Below, one piece after another: positions 51,481-60,219 of a stretch of DNA of 60,219 nucleotides (its first letter is position 1; every line of letters starts with the position of its first letter). Position numbers and translations under genes: made by a program. The DNA comes from Octopus bimaculoides (lineage: Eukaryota), in the NCBI RefSeq assembly GCF_001194135.2, contig NC_068985.1, positions 114,032,228-114,092,446 on the forward strand, read 5' to 3'. Under the pieces are notes generated by a model. That model saw only the letters and a list, made by a program, of their open reading frames with translations. It was not told the origin of the DNA and ran no database searches.

Positions 51481-52892
51481 AAACCACAAAGATGAAGGGA
51501 AAACTAACGGAGTAAATTATGAATTATAAATTAACTTCTTGTTATTTCCTTTTTATTCATTTATTTTCTCTCCCAATCTTTTTCTTTTCTTTTCATTAGT
51601 TAATTACTTCAACTTCCCCCCTACAGCCACAGTGCCACCACAACCTCTTCTGCCACCAATGCAAGTTTTTTTGTTTTTTGTTAAAGAGACTGAAAGGTAA
51701 GCTGTGTCAATTGTTGCCTCGTTTTCATTAAAAGGTGGAGATGCAAAAGTTCAGGTTCTTCATTCACATGGTGGTAACAGCAGCAAGGTTAGTGGGGAGG
51801 ATAGAAACACATATAATATAAACAAGCTCTTCAACGACAACAGGTGAAGACCACTAAATAGGAAAGTCTTGAGAGAGGAGACAGAACTAAAGGAGAGAGG
51901 GACAAGAGAGGAAAAAGAGCAAGGAGAAACAAGCAGAGTAAAGCATTTCTTTCTCAATAAAATATTTCATCTTTATTTCTCTTTCAATTTCAACCTTTGT
52001 CTGAATATATACCTGTCTGAGGATGTGGAAACTAATCTTTAGTGCTGAAGACACAGCAAGATGTTCCCAGTTTACTCTGTAATGAATAACACGATTGGCA
52101 ACTGACTGGAGATAAAATAGGACAGAGAAGAATCTTTAGTCTTGCTGTGGGCCTGATCACTTCTCTGGTACTGGTGCCACAATAAATTGTAGCCATCCTG
52201 CTCCATAATGTGTAAAGTGATTTGCAAATAAACAGATGACTTGTTAGTTTTGTTGGGGGTATTACTACCTCCCTAGTGGTGGTACCATGAAAAACTGCAA
52301 CCAGTTCACTCTGTAAAATTTAATGTGATTGGTTGGTAAATGAACAAAGATAAAAAAAGGACAGAGAGGAGTCATTTGCCTTGCAGTGGACTTTACCACT
52401 TCTTAGGTGCTGGTTACCATAATAAACCACATCCAGATGACTCCATAAAGTATAAAGGGATTTGCAAATGAACAGAGTGGACTCAATCTTGTTGGGGACA
52501 TAAAAATCTTTCTGGTGTTGGTTGCCATCATAAAATGCACCAAATTCATTTTGTAGAGTAATTACTGTTCAGAAGGAAATCCAACTATAAAAAAAAGTAT
52601 CTTTTGTTCTTGAGCCCAAGGATTCATTAGGCCAGTTACCCAGTTTCCAGGGCATACAAGTGACCCAGAACACAATTCAGATCCTTTCACAGGATCTGAA
52701 TTCAGAACATAAAGCGCTGAAAGATATGGAATCCAGTACATGACTGGGTACTTTATTTTCTATCAGGCATGAAAGGCACAGTTGACCTTTGCAGGATCTG
52801 AATTCAGAACATAAAGCACAGGAAGATATGCCACTAAGAATTTTGTTTGACATGCTAAAGACTCTACCAGATCATTGCCATATATAGACAAT

Positions 52893-53620
52893 TGTTGTTG
52901 TTGTTGCCACTCCGTCGCTTACGTCGAGGGTTCCGGTTGATCCGATCAACGGAACAGCCTGCTCGTGAAATTAACGTGCAAGTGGCTGAGCACCCCACAG
53001 ACACGTGTGCCCTTAACGTAGTTCACTGGGATATTCAGCGTGATACAGTGTGACAAGGCTGACCCTTTGAATTACAGGCACAACAGAAACAGGAAGTAAG
53101 AGTGAGAGAAAGTTGTGGTGAAAGAGTAAAGCAGAGTTCGCTACATTCCCCTGCCAGAGCCTCGTGGAGCTTTAGGTGTTTTCGCTCAATAAACACTCAC
53201 AATGTATGCAATGTATGCAATCGAAAAGGCAGCGAGCTGGCAGAAACGTTAGCACGCTGGGCGAAATGCTTAGCAGTATTTTGTCTGCTGTTACGTTCTG
53301 AGTTCAAATTTCGCCGAGGTCGACTTAGCCATTCATCCTTTCGGGGTCGATAGATAAAGCACCAGTTACGCACTGGGGTCGATAGATAAAGCACCAGTTA
53401 CGCACTGGGGTCGATGTAATCGACTTAATCTGTTTGNNNNNNNNNNAAAGCACCAGTTACGCACTGGGGTCGATGTAATCGACTTAATCTGTTTGTCTGT
53501 TCTTGTTTGTCCCCTCTATGTTTAGCCCCTTGTAGGCAATAAAGAATATGTATGCAATCGAAGCCGCAATCCTATGACCGTGAGTTTGCTGCCCTAACCA
53601 CTGGGCCATTGCACCTCCAC
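52893..53620 (-). mobile_element. SINE family D (body X + tail i), full length, interrupted by a family C SINE
   Basis: 11-bp TSD ATATAGACAAT at 52882-92 and 53621-31; head TGGCCCAGTGG; tail GACGGAGTGGCAACAACAAC. Confidence 0.85.
53226..53547 (+). mobile_element. SINE family C nested in family D
   Basis: 15-bp TSD ATGTATGCAATCGAA at 53211-25 and 53548-62. Confidence 0.85.
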
Positions 53621-53827
53621 ATATAGACAATATGCCAAAGTAAAATGAATGAACAAGGTATGGATCCAGACCTATCTAAGACAGAGGTGACTCTGAATAT
53701 CTGACTATCTTTGATCATCTATCCGATTCTCATACCAGCATGGAAAAGTGGAGGTAAAATAATAATTACGATGATGATGTGCATGTATGCGGGAGTGTAC
53801 ACGTGGTTGTGTGTGTATTTATGCATC

Positions 53828-54047
53828 GTTGCCAGTACCACCTGACTGGCCTTCGTGCAGGTGACATGTAAAAGCACCCACTACACTCTCTGAGTGGCTG
53901 ACGTTCAGAAGGGCATCCAGCTGTAGAAACTCTGCCAAATTAGATTGGAGCCTGGTGTTGCCATCAGGTTTCACCAGTCCTCAGTCAAATCGTCCAACCC
54001 ATGCTAGCATGGAAAGCGGACGTTAAACGATGATGATGATGATGATG
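53828..54047 (+). mobile_element. Young family B 3' end
   Basis: AAGGGCATCCAGCTGTAGAAAC...GGACGTTAAACGATGATG. Confidence 0.85.
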
Positions 54048-54284
54048 GTTACAAGCATATCTATGTGTTTGTGAGTGTGTGTGAGTGTGTTGTGTCTATA
54101 CATATATGTGAGAGTATGTGTGCAGATAAAAATAACAATCAGTCTCCACTAAAAGGATAAAATAGCTTAACGATGAATTGTGATAACAGCGATGATAATG
54201 ATGATGATGATGGTGGTAATGTTGGTGATAATGATGATGAACGTGGTGATGATGATATATGCATGATGCACATGATGATGATGA

Positions 54285-54535
54285 TGATAATTGCATGACG
54301 CACATGATGATGATGGTATTGATGATTATGGCAATGATGATGATGGTGATGATGATTATGGCAATGATGATGATGGTGATGATGATTATGGCAATGATGA
54401 TGATGGTGATGATGATGGTAGTGATGATTATGGCAATGATGATGATGATGATGATGGTAGTGATGATTATGGCAATGATGATGATGGTGATGATGGTAGT
54501 GATGATTATGGCAATGATGATGATGGTGATGATGA
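54285..54535. repeat. (GAT)n-derived minisatellite, unit about 27 bp (GATGATTATGGCAATGATGATGATGGT)
   Basis: TATGGCAAT recurs about six times. Confidence 0.8.
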
Positions 54536-55140
54536 GGCTGTCACTAAACAAGGAGCAACACATTCATTAGCTTTTGTATTAAGCAATCACCAAGTTCATC
54601 CACCAAATCTTCCATTCCTCTTTCTTTTCTTTCTTTCCTTTTTATTAGGTCCTTTTTTTTTTATCTTTTTTCGTTTTTTGTTTTGTTTTTGTTTTTGTAC
54701 CTTCTTTTGTCCATTTCATTCATTTTTTTTTTTTTAATCAAAACTCGCTGCTGACATCTGAGCTAGACATTTTGTTGTGTAACGGGAACTGGAGAATAAA
54801 AAAGGTGCTGGTGGGGTTGAAACTTGGATGGACACCCTCATCAAAAAAAAATAAATAAATAAATAAATAAATAAACTACAAAAATTTAATTATTTGAGGA
54901 TTTCTGATGATGTCAAGAAATCTAATTGACTATTTGTGTATTGTGAAGGTGATTGGAAATTCACTGTGATTAGGATAATAAAAAAAAAAAAAGAAAAAAA
55001 GAAATAAACAAAGGTTCAAGTTTTACATCATCATTACAACCATTATAGTAATATTACAATTATTATTATTGTTATTATTACTATTATTATTATTATTATT
55101 ATTAATATTTAATATTATTATTATTATTATTCTTGTTGTT

Positions 55141-56085
55141 AAGTTGGTGAAAGGCAGTGAGCTGGCAGAATTGTTAGGATGCAGGGTAAAATTCTTAGCA
55201 GCATTTCATCTGAGTTCAAATTCCACCAGGGTTGACTTTGCCTTACATCTTTCAGGGTTGATAAATTAAGTACCAGTGAAAAACTGGGGTCGATGTAATC
55301 GACATGTCCCTTTCCCCAAAATGTCAAGCCTGATGCCTTCAACAGAAAGGGTTAAATTGGTGAGCTTGGCAGAATCATTAGCACGCTGGGCAGAATGCTT
55401 AACAGTATTTCATTCGCCTTTACATCCTGAGTTCAAATTCCGCTAAGGTTGACTTTGCCTTTCAACCTTTCTGAATCAATAAAATAAGTACCAGTTGAGT
55501 ACAGGGATTGATATAATTGACTAACCCCTTTTCTCATAAATTGCTGGCCTCATACCAAAATTTGAAACCATTATTATTATTATTATTATTATTAAGGTGG
55601 CAAGGTGGCAGAATCGTTAGCGCGCTCGATGAAATGCTTAGCAGTTTTTCGCCTGTTGCTACATTCTGAGTTCAAATCCCACAGGACTCAACTCTGCCTT
55701 TCAGCCATTTAAGGTTAATAAATTAAGTACCAGTGAAACACTGGTGGGGTTCATGTAATCGATTTGCCCCTCCCCCAAATTTCAGGCCTTGTACCTATAG
55801 CAGAAAGGATTATTATTATTATTATTATTATTACTACTACTACAACTACTATTATTATATGATAAAGTTGTGGGGTGGCAGAAACATTAGTATGTTGGAC
55901 AAAATATTTAGCAGCACTTCCGGCACTTTATATTGCAAGTTCAAATTCAACCAAGGTTGACTTGTCTTTCATTCTTACAAGTTCAATAGAATAAGTACCA
56001 GTTGAATAATGAAGTTGATGTAATTGACTAGCCTCCTTTCTCACCAAATTTCAAACCTTGAGCTTAATGCAGAAGGAATTATTAA
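55141..56085 (+). mobile_element. Head-to-tail cluster of 4 SINE family C copies
   Basis: GGCAGAA..GTTAG heads near 55155, 55365, 55605 and 55875; (ATT)n tails. Confidence 0.8.
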
Positions 56086-56441
56086 TTACCATCACCATTA
56101 TTTCTATTACTATTATCATCACCATTGTTATTAATATTATTGCTATTATTTTTAAGTATTGCTTCTTTTGAATTATGACAGCTGGCTGCGGTTGGGTTTG
56201 GTGTCTTCGTATAATTTTCTGGTTAATTAAAAGAAGTGTGAAGTCAAGAAGAATAAGAAAGTAGGGAAAGAAAGAAAAAAAAAATCCTTTACTTTCTAGC
56301 AATAGATCTCTCTCCAAAAGACATCATGATGGGTGATTCTCAAAAAGAGAATGTGTGAGTACCAGTGTAAGTGTGTGTATATAGAGAGAAATAGAGAGAG
56401 AAAGAGAGAGAGAAGGGGAGAGAGAAAGAGAGAGAGAAGGG

Positions 56442-56473
<32 letters not shown>

Positions 56474-56699
56474 AGGGGAGAGAGAAAGAGAGAGGTGGTA
56501 TCAAATGTTAAAAGTTCTACAAAGTCAATTAAGGTAAAACAGCTACAAGTAGGCAGATGTTTTGGATGGATGCAGAGAGAAAATATTAATGATGTGTTGA
56601 TGATGACAGGGTGACAGGAATATAGAAACTATTATTCCTTCCTCCATCTTTGTCTACACATCTCTTGTTGTCCGTCCGTCCGTCCGTCTGTCTGTCTCT

Positions 56700-56935
56700 C
56701 TTCACTCTTTTCTATTCTTCTGTTTGTCTGTTTATCTATTTACCTTTCTATCTATCTATCTGTCTGTCTGTCTATCTATCTGTCTGTCTACCTGTCTGTC
56801 TACCTGTCTGTCTACCTGTCTATCTACCTGTCTATCTACCTGTATGTCTATCTGTCTGGTTATCTATTTACCTTTCTATCTATCTGCCTATCCATCAATC
56901 TATCTATCTATCTGTCTGTCTGTCTATCTACCTGT

Positions 56936-56974
<39 letters not shown>

Positions 56975-57149
56975 CCTTCCTTCCCCCTCCCAAAAAGAAA
57001 AGCTCTACATTGTATTTGTCCCATCTTCGTTGAGCCCTGTGTGGCTAATAAAAGAAATGTATCTACCTGTCTACCTGTCTGTCTGTCTATCTACCTATCT
57101 GTCTGTCTATCTACCTGTCTATCTATCTATTTATCTATCTATCTACCTG

Positions 57150-57189
<40 letters not shown>

Positions 57190-57270
57190 CCTGTCTATCT
57201 ATCTATCTATCTATCTACCTGTCTATCTATCTATCTATCTTATCTACCTATCTACCTACCTACCTATGCT
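56700..57270. repeat. Compound (TCTA/TCTG/CCTG)n tetranucleotide tracts
   Basis: Direct reading; source of the SIYL/CLS pseudo-ORFs. Confidence 0.9.
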
Positions 57271-58432
57271 CTTTCTCTTGCTAATCTTTCAATCTATCTC
57301 TAATACTTCTACTTCTACATTGATGTCACTTGCTCTCCCTTTCTATCTTCTGTACATCAACCACTTCCTCCTCCTCCTCCTTTTCACCATATAACACTCC
57401 CACCGTCTCTCACTCCTCATTTTTTTCTTTTCTTTTTCTCCAAGAGTCAAGAACTCTTGGAGGGAAACGGCACCAGAACAACAGATCAAACATCTCAGCA
57501 ACATCCATAAAAACCAATCTTTAATTTGCTACTGCACACCTGCTTCCTAACTCAAAGAGTGACATGTGTCGCTGTTTCTACAGCATTAATGATTCTCACC
57601 ATCGCAGGTACGATGATGGCGGTGACCACCACCACCACCACCACCACCACCACCAGTTCCATTACAGCCACCACAACCACCACTGTCACCATCACCACTT
57701 CTGCAGTCATCACCACCACTACTACCATCACCGCCATTGTCACCACTACTGACACACCACCACCATCACCACCTCAACAATCATTGCTGCCATCACCATC
57801 ACCACTGTCAACCACTGCTACCACCACCACCACCACCACCACCACCACCACCACAGCTGTCTTGTTTGCTCTCTTATTCTTTTTAAAGAAAACAGAGACA
57901 TTGCATAATGTAAACCTAGATACAGTATGTATGTGTAAAAGGTACAAGAATTATGGCTGGCTGGAAGAACTCTGACCATAGGTCAGATGGAATCAGGTTG
58001 ACTTATTGACTTGAACTAAACACAACCATTGCTACCAAATACCTACCATTCCACAAAGGCCTGGAAAGGATATGAGCATTATCTTTCCACATCCAATCCA
58101 CCAGAACCCTCCAACTGTTATAACCAAAACCATGACAGCCACAAATATAACTACATATAAACATTTAAAAAACAAAAAGCATCTGCCAGAGGTTTGTTAC
58201 AATTCCAGATATACTGCTGCCATTATCTAAGTTAACCAAGTAATAGAGAGTATTAGTAGATAGGTACAGCGTAATCCGTAGGCAAGAGAGGTGCAGCCGG
58301 AGAGTGCAAAGTTCAGAATAAATAAGTCCAGGATAAATAATCCAGAATAAAAAAAAGGTAGAGAGTCCAGAAGTTCGTGTGTGATGAATAGAGACAGGAT
58401 TAGCTGGTGCGACCACGTGAGCGTAGAGAGTA

Positions 58433-58882
58433 TTAACCCATTTGTTACCATATTTCTGTTGAAATATGCTGCGTATGTTTTAGATCACTTTAACCCTTTT
58501 GTTACCATACTTCTGTAGAAATTCACTGCTTTTGTTTCAATTAATTATGAAAGATGATGAGAAATTTTGTAAACTATTTTTGTTGTTATGTTAGTATTTA
58601 GAACAAAAATTTTTACAGCAAAGAATTTTGCAAAATAATATTTTCAGCAGGTTTTGATTTAGATAACTTTAACCGTTTTGTGACCATACTTCCATAGAAA
58701 TTCACCACCCTTGTTTCAAATAATTTTGAAAACTAATGAAGAATTTCATAAAGTCATTATCATGTTATTTAGAAGAAAAATTAAAAAGAAATTTGACAGG
58801 TTTTAAATTATACCACTTTAAAACCGAATGTTTCTACCATAAAACAGGAACAGTGTTGAGCATGTTGGTCTGAAAAGGTTAA
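58433..58882 (+). mobile_element. piggyBac-like MITE with iterated left ends
   Basis: TTAACC starts at 58433, 58489 and 58669; ends AAAAGG-TTAA at 58882; similar start at about 12180. Confidence 0.55.
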
Positions 58883-59124
58883 TCTACCTACTTATATGCT
58901 TCTCAACACTCTCTACCAAATTCATTTACAAGCTATTGGTTGGTCTGATGCTATAGCAGGAAGCGTTCAATCAGGTTGTCATGCAGTGGGACTGAACCTG
59001 AAACCATGTGGTTGCAAAACGAACTTCTTAACCACACAGCCATGCCTGCAGTCAAGCAATATTTGTAATTCAATGTAAGGTGTATGTCTACATCAGTTTT
59101 TATATATCTAGGTGTGAATAAAAT

Positions 59125-59374
59125 AAAAAAGGTAAATTTACCTTCTTGAGTCATACTGATTCATAAGGGTATACTGACTCATGGCGTATAAATTCCCCAC
59201 CTGGACGGGATGCTGATCTGTTGTAGGATTACCCATTTTTGCTGGTAGTGGGGACTGGAGCAATGTGTAATGAAGTGTCTTGCTCAAGAATTCAATGTGC
59301 CACCCAGTCCAAGAATCAAAACCACAATCTTATGATCAGGAGTCCAACCCTCTAACCACTAAGCCATGTACCTC
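59125..59374 (-). mobile_element. SINE family D (body Y + tail ii)
   Basis: Minus head GAGGTACATGGCTTAGTGG, CTTGAGCAAGACACTTC body, CATCCCGTCCAGGTGGGGAATTTATACGCC tail. Confidence 0.75.
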
Positions 59375-59654
59375 TACTAACAAGGTGTGAATGGAATGTG
59401 TACACGCAGTATGGAATGCAAATATATTTTGCAAGTGTATATGTGCAGGAGTATGTATTGTGCATAAAGCTTAGAATTTATAGGCCTCAAAACAGACATA
59501 TGGAGTGTCCAAGTGTACACTACTGAAGGAGAAAATGACAGAAGTTAAAACTAAAGCAGAATGACATGTGTCTGTTACTGGAATTGATAGATTCTCAAGG
59601 AGGAAAACTGTTAAGGAAAATCAGACAAGAATAAGATGCATGTAGACACACACA

Positions 59655-59660
59655 CATGCA

Positions 59661-59694
<34 letters not shown>

Positions 59695-59874
59695 GTCTGT
59701 GTCTGTCTGTCTGTGTCTGTCTATCTATCTGTCTGTGTCTGTGTCTGTCTGTGTCTGTCTCTGTCTGTGTCTGTCTCTGTCTGTGTCTGTGTGTGTCTGT
59801 CTGTGTCTCTGTCTGTCTGTATGTCTGTGTCTGTCTGTCTGTCTGTCTGTCTATCCATCAATCTATCTGCCTTC

Positions 59875-59910
<36 letters not shown>
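59655..59910. repeat. (CTAT)/(GTCT)/(GTCTGT) compound microsatellite
   Basis: Direct reading. Confidence 0.9.
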
Positions 59911-59912
<2 letters not shown>

Positions 59913-59929
59913 CCAACACCTTCGTTTCT

Positions 59930-60219
59930 CCTTGCGTGCTCTAAGAAACGAAGGTGTTGGAGCCGCACGAGAGGCCCGGGTGGCAGAGGCGCAACAGGGC
60001 AACAAAGCCACCATTCGGTCTCTGGTGGACGAACAGGGGCGCGAACTGCTCGAGCCAAGCAAAATGTGTGAGGCCTTTCAGCGGCACTTTGCTCGACTGT
60101 TTGGGACGAATGGCGAGCGAGAACGCAGGGTGGACTTCAGTGCCTACCTGCACAGCTTGCCACGACTCTCGGCAAGAGAAGCGGAGTGCTGCGAAGGTGC
60201 CATCACGGCGGCGGAAGTG
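59930..60219 (+). mobile_element. 5'-truncated Tx1/L1-clade LINE, ORF2 linker between endonuclease and RT; runs off the window
   Basis: Stop-free from 59935: RALRNEGVGAAREARVAEAQQGNKATIRSLVDEQGRELLEPSKMCEAFQRHFARLFGTNGERERRVDFSAYLHSLPRLSAREAECCEGAITAAEV, matching the L1/Tx1 linker (I..L...G......F..LF...LP.LS....E..IT..EV); GC/CpG-rich. Confidence 0.8.

Noticed and set aside
52090-52600. ~240-bp degenerate direct duplication as a novel repeat
   Set aside because: Subunits resemble decayed family B internal GGTGCCAC..AAAAGCACC repeats; most likely old RTE/SINE debris
53385-53495. Duplication of ~50 bp on both sides of a 10-N gap
   Set aside because: Typical unmerged contig overlap; same pattern near 39560-39650

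Overview
Eukaryotic, AT-rich, repeat-dominated genomic DNA from a gapped short-read assembly (about 20 N-gaps, mostly at microsatellites or young repeats). The repeat families resemble those I recall from Octopus genomes; this is an inference, not a database match. I find no convincing host protein-coding exon, rRNA, true tRNA or CRISPR array, and nearly all listed ORFs are microsatellite read-throughs or bridge N-gaps. The window holds many copies of three tRNA-headed SINE families (my labels A, C, D), 5'-truncated RTE LINE 3' ends with (GAT)n tails (label B), hAT and piggyBac-like MITEs, and coding remnants of Tx1/L1, RTE, HERO/REL and probably Penelope-like retroelements. Best leads: (1) a complete type I hammerhead ribozyme fold at 20889-20951 whose helix III could pair as a dimer; (2) the same fold-back (snap-back) hairpin at the 5' junction of two unrelated retroelement insertions (59911-59962, 31436-31501); (3) a young, open Tx1-like ORF2 next to a (CTAT)n tract; (4) an RTE ORF2 end with three C2H2 fingers; (5) all four body-by-tail combinations of one modular SINE; (6) a covarying 3' stem-loop shared by SINE A and another element. 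Protein assignments are by motif recognition from memory and need HMM confirmation.
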